Shown one piece after another: positions 8,608-18,374 of a stretch of DNA of 64,000 bases. The DNA is from Dehalococcoidia bacterium (GTDB lineage: Bacteria > Chloroflexota > Dehalococcoidia > Lucifugimonadales > Australimonadaceae), in assembly GCA_965249325.1 (NCBI GenBank), contig CBDFLP010000012.1:6428-70427 (forward strand). Direction: 5' to 3'. The position numbers and the translations under genes are program-made. Under the pieces are notes generated by a model that ran no database searches, had not been told where the DNA came from, and saw only the letters and a program-made list of their open reading frames with translations. How positions within the stretch are numbered: the first letter of the stretch is position 1; every line of letters begins with the position of its first letter.

Positions 8608-9885
8608 CTATCCTACGAGCTCCCCTGCCTCTGCGGGAAGCTGGTCGAATATCTTCGCGTTCGAGTACTCCTCATGGACCGGCACCTGATGCTGCAGGTC
8701 AATCAGTTTGCCGGTCTTGGCCGATTCGATCACGGCGAGGGTGGCTTCGAGGGTCGCCATGCCCCACTCGGGCGTGTGGTAAACGGGCGCGCCTTCGACG
8801 ACCGCCTCGTAGAGCTCCTTGAGCTCGGCGCGGCGGTTCATCGCCCAGCCGTTGGGGGGCTTGAGGTCGATGGTGTGGTGGCCGTTGTTGTCGTAGATGG
8901 TGATGCCGTAGGGGGAGCGCGTGATGTCGCCACGGTCGCAGGACACGACGACGAAGCCCGGCTCAGCGGGGACCCAAGGTTCGCCGCCTGGATCGCGGTT
9001 CTGGCCCTCGCGCTTGAAGATTTCGACCTCTCTCTCGCCGCCGATGCGGATGGCCTGCTTATCGGACTCTTCGTCGCGGCTGCCGGTGATCATCCCGTTG
9101 CGGACGAGCATACGTTCAGGCTCGTCGTAGCGCTGGCGGTCGTGGCCCCAGGGCACCATCTGGGCACCCATGAAGTAGCCGTGGGCGTTATGGACGATGG
9201 TGGAAAAAGCGCCGTTCTCAAACTCGAATATCGCCGAGTAGTAGCCGGGGATGGGCCGTTCGGGCATCCACTGCCCGACGACGCCCCGCACGTTCTTTAT
9301 CATGCCGCCGCCCAGGAGACGGACCGTATCTATCTGGTGGGGCCCCTGGCGGTAGACGAGCCCGCCGCCCTGCGCCAGGTCCAACTCCTCGGCGACGCGG
9401 GGGCGGAGGAGCCAGTCGGTGTAGGCCATGAAGTTGATGGACCGGACCGCTCCAAGCTGGCCGGACTGGATGATGCTGTACATCTTGCGGAAGGGAGGGA
9501 TGAACGACCGGGTGTGGCCGGCGATGAGCACGTTGCCGGTGCGCTTGGCGGCGTCGCACATGGCCTGGGCTTCAGCGAGGTTCAGGGCCATCGGCTTCTC
9601 GACGACGACGTGCTTGCCATGCTCGAGGGCGTAGATGGTCATGGGAGCGTGGAAGCGGTTGGGAGTGGAGATCCAGACGGCCTCGACCTCCGGGTCCTCG
9701 CACAGCTCTTCGATGCTGGGGTAGACCTTGGCCTCGTAGCGGGCCTGGAAGCGCTCTCTGGTAAGGGGGTTGATGTCGGCGCCGGCGATGAGGTCGATCT
9801 CTTCCATCTGCTCAAAGGCCGGCAGCATCTCCGTGCCTCCTACGCCGATGCCGGCCATCGCGACGCCAAGGGTTCTCTTCGCCAT
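8608..9885 (-). CDS. Gfo/Idh/MocA family oxidoreductase
   Basis: 425 aa with an N-terminal Rossmann motif (LGVAMAGIGVGG) and the EKP motif (HVVVEKPMAL). Confidence 0.85.
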   Translation of the reverse strand: MAKRTLGVAMAGIGVGGTEMLPAFEQMEEIDLIAGADINPLTRERFQARYEAKVYPSIEELCEDPEVEAVWISTPNRFHAPMTIYALEHGKHVVVEKPMALNLAEAQAMCDAAKRTGNVLIAGHTRSFIPPFRKMYSIIQSGQLGAVRSINFMAYTDWLLRPRVAEELDLAQGGGLVYRQGPHQIDTVRLLGGGMIKNVRGVVGQWMPERPIPGYYSAIFEFENGAFSTIVHNAHGYFMGAQMVPWGHDRQRYDEPERMLVRNGMITGSRDEESDKQAIRIGGEREVEIFKREGQNRDPGGEPWVPAEPGFVVVSCDRGDITRSPYGITIYDNNGHHTIDLKPPNGWAMNRRAELKELYEAVVEGAPVYHTPEWGMATLEATLAVIESAKTGKLIDLQHQVPVHEEYSNAKIFDQLPAEAGELVG

Positions 9886-9965
9886 CTACAGCTCCTCCGC
9901 AGAATCCGTGAGGTGGGTGTATCACCGAGTGGCGGGCGTGTCAAACCCGCAGGCGTTAACAATGC

Positions 9966-10385
9966 TTAAACGAGAGTCTTCTCCATGAAGACGAGTTCGT
10001 CGCGGATGTAGCCGATGCCGTCGTAGAAGCGCTGGACGCCGCTGTTATCCGGCTCGATGAGAAGGTTGACCTTCACGCATCCAATCGCCCGAAAGCGCGC
10101 TTCGAGCTCCGCCATGAGCATCGTGCCGAGACCGTTCCGCTGTCGGCGCGGAGCGACAGCGAGGTGGTTCACCCACCCGCGACGTCCGTCGTAGCAGCCC
10201 AACACCGCGCCCACGACTTGGCCATCGACCTCGCCAACGATGAACAGTTCAGGGTCGCGTTCGAGCTTCTGCTGGATGCTTTGAGCGTCGTCCGATAGGT
10301 GTAGCGTCAGCCCGGCGGCGCGCCAAAGGGCTGCGACCTGCTCGTAGTCGCGCATCTCGAACGTTCTGATGAGTACGTCGGCCAT
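9966..10385 (-). CDS. GNAT family N-acetyltransferase
   Basis: 139 aa. The acetyl-CoA binding motif is HLAVAPRRQRNGLGTMLM (Q/RxxGxG/A). Confidence 0.85.
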   Translation of the reverse strand: MADVLIRTFEMRDYEQVAALWRAAGLTLHLSDDAQSIQQKLERDPELFIVGEVDGQVVGAVLGCYDGRRGWVNHLAVAPRRQRNGLGTMLMAELEARFRAIGCVKVNLLIEPDNSGVQRFYDGIGYIRDELVFMEKTLV

Positions 10386-10415
10386 GGTCAGCGTACTAGG
10401 GCCTTACCTGCGAGT

Positions 10416-10634
10416 TCAAAGAGACTCCCACTCAGCCTTGCTTACGCCAGCTTCCCGCAGAATGCTCATTAGAAGAGAGGTGTGGATGGCGCCTCTGTGG
10501 GGGTTGGGCAGTGGAACGCGAGTCCGGCCACGCTTCATGAATCCGTGAGGTGCGCCAGATCGCGGGCCGGTAAAACCTGCACGGCGTAAGGCTGCAATCA
10601 ACTCGCGCCGGTCGATAGGCCCCAGGCGCGGCAT
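10416..10634 (-). CDS. hicA: HicA-family toxin (mRNA interferase)
   Basis: 72 aa. The pattern ...RELIAALRRAGF....SG..HGFMKR......VPLPNPH.G.I....L..IL...G... is the YcfA/HicA pattern. It overlaps the upstream antitoxin gene by 1 nt. Confidence 0.8.
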   Translation of the reverse strand: MPRLGPIDRRELIAALRRAGFTGPRSGAPHGFMKRGRTRVPLPNPHRGAIHTSLLMSILREAGVSKAEWESL

Positions 10635-10873
10635 CAGGCCGTCTGTGCGAGGTTCAGGCTGATGCCGTCCATGGTGGGCAGGTCATCTCCCTCGCGTAGG
10701 GCAAGGAGGAGCCAGTCCTCGAATACACTCCGCAATTCCTCGCGGCAGGCTTCGAGGGTATTCTCGTTGGCCCATAGGCCTTGAAAGCCCTCGATTGTTC
10801 CGAAGAACGAGCCATCATCCAGCGCCTCGTAGCGCGCTTTGCGCATGCTGGCTCGTATGTATGCTGTCAGCAT
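10634..10873 (-). CDS. hicB: HicB-like antitoxin (UPF0150 fold)
   Basis: Start is taken at MLTAYIR (10873) inside ORF 10634..10936. FFGTIEGFQGLWANENTLEACREELRSVFEDWL matches the HicB N-terminal domain pattern. Confidence 0.7.
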   Translation of the reverse strand: MLTAYIRASMRKARYEALDDGSFFGTIEGFQGLWANENTLEACREELRSVFEDWLLLALREGDDLPTMDGISLNLAQTA

Positions 10874-10949
10874 GTCCGTCTCCTTTGAGCGGTACTCCTC
10901 GCTGCGATTATGGCACACCCCGCTTGGACCGCGCACAAGACCGTCGCCG

Positions 10950-12257
10950 CTACTCCCCCCGCGCGGCGAGATCTTCCTGCAGCAGGCGCTCTGCGTAGGC
11001 GACGAGGGACTGCTCCCGGTCGGCGGGGGTGGACTTGGCCTTGAAGTACCGGCGCAGCGCGTCGATGGGGCCGAGCCGCTCCGCGTCGTCGGTTGCGAGG
11101 CGGGTGCGGCGGTCGCGATGCACTCGGCGCTCGACGCCCGCGATGTGGAAGGCCGACGTTAGCGCCTGGCGCACAGCGGACTCGCGGAACGCCGGCTCCT
11201 GTTCCGCGGTCATCTCGACCCGGAGCCGGACGATGGAGCGTTCGAGTCCCTCGCCCGAGTGCTTGCCGACGGCCTCCAGCGCAGCGTCGGTGGGGTCCTC
11301 GGCAGCGCGCGTTGGCACGTCGATGGTGAGCATGGGCCGGGTGTCGACGGCCACGAACTCGTAGCTCACGAGCCGTTCGCCCTGGGGCTTGGCGGGGTCG
11401 ATATCGACGATGACGAAGCCCTTGTCCTCGCGCTCCTCGCTGAAGTCGACACGCTCGATGCTGCCTGCGTAGACGACCGGGGGGTTCTGGGTCAGCGTCT
11501 GGTGCTTGTGGATGTTGCCCAAGGCGACATAGTCGAACTGGGGCAGCGCAACGGTTCCCAGGCCGATGACGTGGTCGTTGCCGAGCATCATGGATTGCTC
11601 GGAGGCAGTCTTCGCGCCGGAGACGTTGACGTGGGCGCAGAGCACTGCGGGGGTGTTGGGGTCGAGGGCGGCGACCTCCTCCCGGAGATGGTCGGTGAGG
11701 CGCGCCTCGACCGCCAGTTTGATCTGTTCGAGGGTGAGTCCGCGCGTCTCCTCGCGGGCCATGAAGTGGCCGATGCGTATCCAAGGCAGGGCGACGACTT
11801 GAATGTCGCCTGCGTTCGTGTGGACGCGGCGCGTCTCCAAGGTCTGGCTGACGATGACGTTGTCGACGTTCAGCGTGGGGAATATCTCAAGGGCGGAGGC
11901 CCGGTTCGCGACGTGGGGCAGGTCGTGGTTGCCTACGGTGAGGAGCGCAGGGACGCCCGCGGCGGACAGGCGGGCGATGCGGCGCGCGAACTCGCGCTGG
12001 TGGGTCTGGGACGGGTCGCGCGACTTGTAGGCGTCGCCCGCGAAGAGGAAGAGGTCGACGCCGTGGTTGATGGCGTAGTCGACGGCGTAGTCCAGGGCGG
12101 TGAGGAAGTCGAGCAGGCGCGTGCTGACGCCGACGTACTGGGACCGCTCTTGGTCGGGGGCGAAGTAGGCCGGCAGCGCGGCGATGTCCTCCTCGGTCGC
12201 GGGTCGGCCGTAGGACTCAACGCCTATGTGGATGTCGGAGATGTGGAGGAGGCGCAT
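10950..12257 (-). CDS. SbcD/Mre11-type metallophosphoesterase (DNA repair exonuclease)
   Basis: 435 aa with calcineurin-like motifs ISDIHIG, AGDAYK, GNHD and HV. No SbcC-like ATPase is adjacent. Confidence 0.8.
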   Translation of the reverse strand: MRLLHISDIHIGVESYGRPATEEDIAALPAYFAPDQERSQYVGVSTRLLDFLTALDYAVDYAINHGVDLFLFAGDAYKSRDPSQTHQREFARRIARLSAAGVPALLTVGNHDLPHVANRASALEIFPTLNVDNVIVSQTLETRRVHTNAGDIQVVALPWIRIGHFMAREETRGLTLEQIKLAVEARLTDHLREEVAALDPNTPAVLCAHVNVSGAKTASEQSMMLGNDHVIGLGTVALPQFDYVALGNIHKHQTLTQNPPVVYAGSIERVDFSEEREDKGFVIVDIDPAKPQGERLVSYEFVAVDTRPMLTIDVPTRAAEDPTDAALEAVGKHSGEGLERSIVRLRVEMTAEQEPAFRESAVRQALTSAFHIAGVERRVHRDRRTRLATDDAERLGPIDALRRYFKAKSTPADREQSLVAYAERLLQEDLAARGE

Positions 12258-12615
12258 GGATTTCTCTTAGAAGTGAGACATTTCGGGACATTCTGGGACA
12301 TTTCACTCGTAAGGGACGGGCGCGCCGAACGTCGGCGACCGCACGCCATCCATGGTAGGAGGAGCGGGGGCGGCGGGGCAATGGGCAGTTGTCAGTGGGG
12401 GAGGATGGCAGAGGGAGGGTGTGGGGTTACATCGTTAGCAGGAGCAATCCTTCATGCGGGCCTGTCGGCCCACACCACAACCGACGAAAATGGGCGGGAG
12501 GAGGACGCGTCTCTAACTCTCCCCCCGCTGGTTTGGCTCACCACCTCTGGGAAGGGCCTATTTTCGAAGCAATGTCATCGCGCTCCGCCACGGGTGACGC
12601 CTGTGGCGGGGCGTC

Positions 12616-12913
12616 CTAGTATTCGATCGCCGTTCTAGGTTCGAGCCGTTCGGTGATGGTGTCGACTTTGAATCCGAGATACTCGAGGGTCGTCACTCCG
12701 ATGAGCGTTTGCGAGGGCCAGGCTCTTAGGGACCACGCGACCGTCGGACAGCTCGACCTGCACTTCACGGACGACCTCCAAGCCAAGCCGTTGCCCCAGT
12801 GACAGTGGAATCTTCGTGAAGGTCGCGCCGGTATCGATGAGGCATCGCAAAGTGTCCGTCGCGGACGCCCCGGAGATGGTCAGGTCTGCGTAAGTCCCGC
12901 TCATGTGAACCAA
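12616..12913 (-). pseudogene. Retropepsin-like (clan AA) aspartic protease, frameshifted
   Basis: The N-terminal frame has the catalytic LIDTGAT. The expected C-terminus (LIGVTTLEYLGFKVDTITERLEPR...) is encoded in another frame from about 12700 and ends at TAG 12616-12618. Confidence 0.6.
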
Positions 12914-12914
12914 T

Positions 12915-14252
12915 CTACCCTCGTCCGCCCATCGACCGGAGCTGCTCCCGTACCGCGTCGTCGAGTTCCGCTATGGGGACGCGGACTTGGGCCATGGTGT
13001 CGCGGTTGCGGATGGTGACGGCCTGGTCCTCTTCGACGGTCTGGAAGTCGATGGTCACGCAGAGCGGAGTGCCGATCTCGTCCTGGCGGCGGTACCGGCG
13101 GCCGATGGACTGGGCGTCGTCGTACTGGCAGCGGAAGGAGCGGAGCATCTGCGCGTATACCTCGTGGGCAGTGGGGGCGAGCTTCTGGTTGCGACTAAGA
13201 GGCAGGACGGCGACCTGGAGGGGGGCGATGTCCGGGTGGAAGCGGAGTACGGTGCGCGCCTCCTCCTTGCCGTCTCCGGTAGGGACCATCTCCTCGTCGT
13301 AGGCGTCGAACATGAAGGTGAGGGCGGCGCGGTCCACACCGGCGGCGGGCTCGATGACGTAGGGGAAGTAGTGCTCGTTCAGCTCCTGGTCAAAGTACGT
13401 CATGGTCTTGCCGGAGGAGGCCTGGTGCTGGCTGAGGTCGAAATCGGTGCGGTTAGCAATGCCTTCGAGCTCGCCCCAGCCCCATGGGAAGCGGTACTCG
13501 ACGTCGGAGGTCGCCTTGGCGTAGTGGGCCAGCTCGTCGGGGTCGTGGGGGCGTAGACGGAGGTTCTCCTCCTTGATGCCGAGGGCCGTATACCAGCCGA
13601 ACCGCTGCTGGATCCAGTGCTCGTGCCACTCGTCGTCGTCGCCTGGCTTGACGAAGAATTCCATCTCCATCTGCTCGAACTCGCGGGTGCGGAAGATGAA
13701 GTTGCCGGGAGTGATCTCGTTCCGGAAGGACTTGCCGATCTGGGCGATGCCGAAGGGCAGCTTCAGGCGTGTCGCGGTCACGACGTTGTCGAAGTTGATG
13801 AAGATGCCTTGGGCGGTCTCGGGGCGCAGGTAGACCTGATTGGCCGAGTCCTCGACGGGGCCGACGAAAGTCTTGAACATGAGGTTGAACATGCGCGGGT
13901 CGGAGAGCGTCGCTCCGTCGTCGGGACATCGTGAGGGGTCGTCGAGCTGGTCGGCGCGGTAGCGCTTGCGACAGTTGGGGCACTCGACGAGGGGGTCGGT
14001 GAAGTTGGCGGCGTGACCGCTGGCGACCCAGACCTGCGGGTTCTGGATGATGGCGCTGTCGAGGCCCACCACGTCGGGGCGTTCGTAGACCATCGCCCGC
14101 CACCAGGCCTCCTTGACGTTGCGCTTGAGCTCGACGCCGAGGGGGCCGTAGTCCCAGCTGGAGCCGATGCCCCCGTAAATCTCGCTCGACGGAAAAACAA
14201 ACCCTCGCCGTTTAGCGAGGGAGACGATCTTACTCAGATCCACACCAGTCAT
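12915..14252 (-). CDS. glyQS: Glycine--tRNA ligase (dimeric class II, GlyQS type)
   Basis: Start is at [28 protein letters not shown] (ATG 14252 behind GGAGG). Class II motifs are present, including [21 protein letters not shown]. Confidence 0.95.
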   Translation of the reverse strand: MTGVDLSKIVSLAKRRGFVFPSSEIYGGIGSSWDYGPLGVELKRNVKEAWWRAMVYERPDVVGLDSAIIQNPQVWVASGHAANFTDPLVECPNCRKRYRADQLDDPSRCPDDGATLSDPRMFNLMFKTFVGPVEDSANQVYLRPETAQGIFINFDNVVTATRLKLPFGIAQIGKSFRNEITPGNFIFRTREFEQMEMEFFVKPGDDDEWHEHWIQQRFGWYTALGIKEENLRLRPHDPDELAHYAKATSDVEYRFPWGWGELEGIANRTDFDLSQHQASSGKTMTYFDQELNEHYFPYVIEPAAGVDRAALTFMFDAYDEEMVPTGDGKEEARTVLRFHPDIAPLQVAVLPLSRNQKLAPTAHEVYAQMLRSFRCQYDDAQSIGRRYRRQDEIGTPLCVTIDFQTVEEDQAVTIRNRDTMAQVRVPIAELDDAVREQLRSMGGRG

Positions 14253-14387
14253 GGCGCCTCCATGGCCTGCGCAACTGGCCGTTACGCGGTACGAGTAAGT
14301 ATAGCCGACGCGCACCGACTCCCGGCGGACGCCCGCGCCCGGCGGACGGGAGAGGAACTGATGGCCTCTCTTCGGATGCAGGGAGGG

Positions 14388-16490
14388 TTAGGCGGTTGGG
14401 GCGCTCGGGGCGCTTTGGAGTCGAGCCAGCTCTTCGAGAGGGATGTGGCAGTGGATTTCGTGCGTTGGCGAGTCTGCGCCGGTCTGCACCGGGGGTGGGG
14501 ATTCGTCGCAGATGGCCCCAATCTTGCGCGGGCAGCGGGCGGCGAAGAAGCAGCCCACGAACTCCTCGTGCTGCGTCGGCACTGCGCCGCTGAGACGGAT
14601 GGTCGGGGGGATGGCGTCCGGGTCGGGAATGGGTGCTGCGGACAACAAGGCTTCCGTGTACGGGTGCGACGGCGTGGCGAGGACATCCTGGGCAGGGCCC
14701 GATTCCGCAACATGGCCCGCGTAGAGCACGACAATCTCGTCGGACACGTAGCGCACGACTCCCAAATCGTGGGAGATGAAAACGAATGACGTTCCCTTCT
14801 CGCGCTGGTGGTCCTCCAGCAGGTTGAGCACTTGCGCTTGGACGGAGACGTCGAGCGCGGAGACAGGCTCGTCGGCGACGATGAGCTCCGGGTCGCCGGC
14901 GAACGCGGCCGCGAGCGCTACTCGCTGCTGCTGCCCCCCGCTCAGCTCGAGCGGGGGGCGGTCCATGTAAGAGGCGTCGAGGCCGACGGCCTCCAGCAGC
15001 CTAATAGCTCGGTCTTCCCGTTCCCTCGAATCCAGGTCAGTGAACTTCTGCAGCGGCCGGAGGATGGTGTGGCGCACGGGGAGTTTCGGGTTCAAGGAAG
15101 AGGTCGGGTTCTGGAAGACCATCCTGAGCGACGCCTTCTGTTCGGAGTCGCGGTCCTCGGCGCCCGGCGGCAGGTCTTCTCCCTTCAGCTCTAGGTCTCC
15201 GCTGTCTCGCGGCACGAGGCCGGCGATGCTGCGAGCTACGGTTGTCTTGCCTGAGCCGCTCTCGCCGACGATACCGACGGTCCGCCCGGCGCCAACGTTG
15301 AAGTCGATGTTCTCCACGGCTCGGACGGGTGGTTTCACCCTTGGGCCGAAGAAGAGGTACTTCCGCTGCCATCGACCGTAGACGTGTTGAAGTCCCTTGA
15401 CTGTCAAGGTTGACTCGCCAGTGGTCTGCTGCGTCGCCGCCTGCTCCACGGCCTCGCCCCAGAGGTCCAGGCGGACATCGTCGGGAAAGAAGCATCGAGA
15501 CTGGTGGCCTTCGCCCACGGAAACCGGCTCGGGGGCGTCGCTGCGGCAGTGGTCCTGGACCATGGGGCACCGGTCGGCGAACAGGCATGCGCCGGAGTCC
15601 GCTAGGGCGCTGTCGTAAACGGACCCCTGGATACTCTGTAGCCTCGTGACCGCCCCGGCGTCGGCAATCGACCTGGGGATGCAGCTCAGCAGACCGACGG
15701 TGTATGGGTGCCGGGGGTTCTTGAACAGATCGTGGACCGACGCTTGCTCCACTGTCTGCCCCGCGTACATGACCACCACACGGTCGGCCACACGGGCGAT
15801 GACGCCGAGGTTATGGCTGACGTACAGGATACCGGCGTTCACCCGGCCTTTGAGGTCTGCGACGAGGTCGAGGATGGTTGCTTCGGTCGTAACGTCCAAC
15901 CCGGTAGTAGGCTCGTCCATCAGGAGGAGGTCGGGGTCGCACGCCAAGGCCATGGCGATGACGATGCGCTGCTGTTGACCTCCGCTGAGCTGGTGAGGGT
16001 AGCTCTGAGCAATCCGCTCGAAGTCGGGCAGGCCGACGCTCACGATGAGCTCCGCCGCTCGGTCGACGACCTGCGAAGCGTCGAGGCTCAGATGCTCCTG
16101 GAGGACCTCCTGGATCTGAAGGCCGACCTTCATGGTCGGGTTCAGCGCGAGCGCCGGGTCCTGGTAGACCATAGCGATACGGTTTCCTCGCAGCTTACGG
16201 AGTTCGGCAGACCCAAGTTGCACCATGTCCTGTCCCTCGAACAGGACCGAGCCCCCAACCGTCGCCGTCTCGGGCAGATAGCCCATGATGGCGAACGCCG
16301 TCGTCGACTTTCCGCACCCCGACTCGCCGACGATGCCGACAACCTCGCCGCGATGCACCTCGAGCGTGGCTTCGCGAACGGCATGCACCAGCGCGGACGG
16401 CGTGTGGAAGGTGACAGACAGCCCGTCAATCTTCAGAAGGGGAGCGTTCTCGTCATGGTGGGGAACGTCGCCGTTGCCGTTATAGCTCAT
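14388..16490 (-). CDS. Oligopeptide/dipeptide ABC transporter ATP-binding protein, fused double NBD (DppD-DppF type)
   Basis: Two Walker A sites (GESGCGKST, GESGSGKTT) and two LSGGQQQR signatures. Start MSYNG (16490) makes an ATGA overlap with the upstream permease stop. Confidence 0.9.
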   Translation of the reverse strand: MSYNGNGDVPHHDENAPLLKIDGLSVTFHTPSALVHAVREATLEVHRGEVVGIVGESGCGKSTTAFAIMGYLPETATVGGSVLFEGQDMVQLGSAELRKLRGNRIAMVYQDPALALNPTMKVGLQIQEVLQEHLSLDASQVVDRAAELIVSVGLPDFERIAQSYPHQLSGGQQQRIVIAMALACDPDLLLMDEPTTGLDVTTEATILDLVADLKGRVNAGILYVSHNLGVIARVADRVVVMYAGQTVEQASVHDLFKNPRHPYTVGLLSCIPRSIADAGAVTRLQSIQGSVYDSALADSGACLFADRCPMVQDHCRSDAPEPVSVGEGHQSRCFFPDDVRLDLWGEAVEQAATQQTTGESTLTVKGLQHVYGRWQRKYLFFGPRVKPPVRAVENIDFNVGAGRTVGIVGESGSGKTTVARSIAGLVPRDSGDLELKGEDLPPGAEDRDSEQKASLRMVFQNPTSSLNPKLPVRHTILRPLQKFTDLDSREREDRAIRLLEAVGLDASYMDRPPLELSGGQQQRVALAAAFAGDPELIVADEPVSALDVSVQAQVLNLLEDHQREKGTSFVFISHDLGVVRYVSDEIVVLYAGHVAESGPAQDVLATPSHPYTEALLSAAPIPDPDAIPPTIRLSGAVPTQHEEFVGCFFAARCPRKIGAICDESPPPVQTGADSPTHEIHCHIPLEELARLQSAPSAPTA

Positions 16491-17413
16491 GCATCGTCCC
16501 CTTTCAGGGGCAACTGCTTGGCCTGCCGAATGCCATCGGCTAATAGGTTGACGCCGGTCACCAGCGACGCCACCGCGACTCCGGGCGCAAGCGCGACCCA
16601 AGGCGCAGCGACGATGTAGATGCGGCTCTCACTGATCATCAGCCCCCAGTCAGAGGAGGGCGGCTGCACGCCCAGCCCGAGGAACCCCAGTGAGGCGACC
16701 AGCAGGATTGCGTAGCTGAACCGCACCGAAGCCTCGACGGCGAGGACCGGCAGGATGTTGGGCAATATCTCGCGGAAGACGATGTAGATATCCGGCTCTC
16801 CGCGCAGGCGTGCGGCATCGATGAACTCTAGGCCTTTCACCGCCAATGTCGAGGAACGCATCACGCGCGCAACAGGCGCGATGGACACGACGCCGATCGT
16901 CCCTGCGATGTTGATTGGGTTGGGGCCCAGGCTCGTGAGAGCCAGCAGCGCAATCAGCAGGGACGGGAAGGACATCATGCCGTCCATGATGCGCATGACG
17001 ATATCGTCGGTCCGGCCGCCCTTATAGGCGCTGCTCATCCCCACCACGGTGCCCAGGATGATGCCGAGCAGAGCGCCCGCCACGGACACTGATATCAGCG
17101 ACGTGGCGCCTGACATAACCCGGCTGAGCACGTCCCGGCCGAACTGATCGGTGCCCAGCAGGAACTGGAGAGACGGAGGTTCCAGTTGGTGTTCCTCAAT
17201 GTGGAACTCGGTCGGAGAATACGGCGCCACCGCCGACCCGAATAGCGCCAGCGCCATGTGCAGCGCCACCAGCGGCAGGCCGATTCTGCCTGCGGGCGTC
17301 TTGAGAGCAAGCCGAAACCACGACTTGAGCGTCCGCAGGATAGCCACGACCGGGCCCGCTGCACCCAGAGGATTCGGTTGCACTCTTGGGGAAAGCGCGG
17401 GTGCTGCCATCAC
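16487..17413 (-). CDS. Peptide ABC transporter permease (DppC/OppC-like)
   Basis: 308 aa multi-TM protein with an EAA-loop-like motif (IDAARLRGEPDIYIVFREILPN). Confidence 0.9.
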   Translation of the reverse strand: MMAAPALSPRVQPNPLGAAGPVVAILRTLKSWFRLALKTPAGRIGLPLVALHMALALFGSAVAPYSPTEFHIEEHQLEPPSLQFLLGTDQFGRDVLSRVMSGATSLISVSVAGALLGIILGTVVGMSSAYKGGRTDDIVMRIMDGMMSFPSLLIALLALTSLGPNPINIAGTIGVVSIAPVARVMRSSTLAVKGLEFIDAARLRGEPDIYIVFREILPNILPVLAVEASVRFSYAILLVASLGFLGLGVQPPSSDWGLMISESRIYIVAAPWVALAPGVAVASLVTGVNLLADGIRQAKQLPLKGDDA

Positions 17414-18354
17414 GCAAGCCTTATTCGCGGATTGAGAGCGCCATAGCTCAGATCCGCTAAGAGATTACTCAGCGCATACGTCCCCGCGATGATAAGCGAG
17501 AGGCTTTGCAGCAGGGGAACATCGCGCGTGTTGATGGAGGTCAGCAGCAGTTGCCCCAGGCCGGGGTAGGCGAAGACATTCTCAACGATGATCAGTCCGC
17601 CGAGCATCCAGCCCATGTTCACGGCGATCACACTGATCGTCGGGAGCATGGCGTTCGGTATGATGTGGCTCCTCAGCACACGCCGCATCGGCAGTCCCTT
17701 GAGCACCGCCGTACGAACGTAGTCCGTATCCAGGACCTCGATCACGTTGGCGCGCGTCATCCGCATGATGTAGGCAAACAGCACACCGGTCAGCGTCAGA
17801 GTCGGCAGCACGAGTATCAGCGGTCTCGTCAGAGGACTTGTCCCAGGCAAGATCGCACTCGAGGATGGGAGCCAGCCGAGGAACGACGAGAACACAACAA
17901 TCAGCAGCACGCCCGTCACAAACTCAGGAAGCGAGATGGCCACAAGGCTCGCGGCGGACACGGCGTGGTCCGATTTCGAGCCATGACGCACTCCCGCCCA
18001 CACTCCTACGGCGATGGCAGAAGGCACCGCGACGAAGAAGGCGAAGACCGCGAGGATCAACGAATTCGCCAGCCGCGGCGTAATCACCTCCGATACCGGC
18101 CTCTTCTGCACGAAGGAGTCCCCCATATCGCCTTGGACGACCCCGCCGATCCAGTCCAGATATCTGACCACAGCGGGGCGGTCCAGGCCGAGCGTCTCCC
18201 GGATATTCTTCAGGTTCTGCTCGGTGGCGCCCTGCCCCATGATCATCGTCGCGACATCACCCGGTAGGATTTCGGTTATTGCGAAGATTGCCAGCGAGAC
18301 CACTAGAAGGGTCACGACGATTAGGCTGATCCGCCTCACCAAGAATCGTGTCAT
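17410..18354 (-). CDS. Peptide ABC transporter permease (DppB/OppB-like)
   Basis: 314 aa. MTRFLVRRISLIVVTLLVVSLAIFAI..LPGD is the canonical N-terminus, and the EAA loop is DYVRTAVLKGLPMRRVL. Confidence 0.9.
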   Translation of the reverse strand: MTRFLVRRISLIVVTLLVVSLAIFAITEILPGDVATMIMGQGATEQNLKNIRETLGLDRPAVVRYLDWIGGVVQGDMGDSFVQKRPVSEVITPRLANSLILAVFAFFVAVPSAIAVGVWAGVRHGSKSDHAVSAASLVAISLPEFVTGVLLIVVFSSFLGWLPSSSAILPGTSPLTRPLILVLPTLTLTGVLFAYIMRMTRANVIEVLDTDYVRTAVLKGLPMRRVLRSHIIPNAMLPTISVIAVNMGWMLGGLIIVENVFAYPGLGQLLLTSINTRDVPLLQSLSLIIAGTYALSNLLADLSYGALNPRIRLA

Positions 18355-18374
18355 GGCGCTTACCTACCTTTTGC

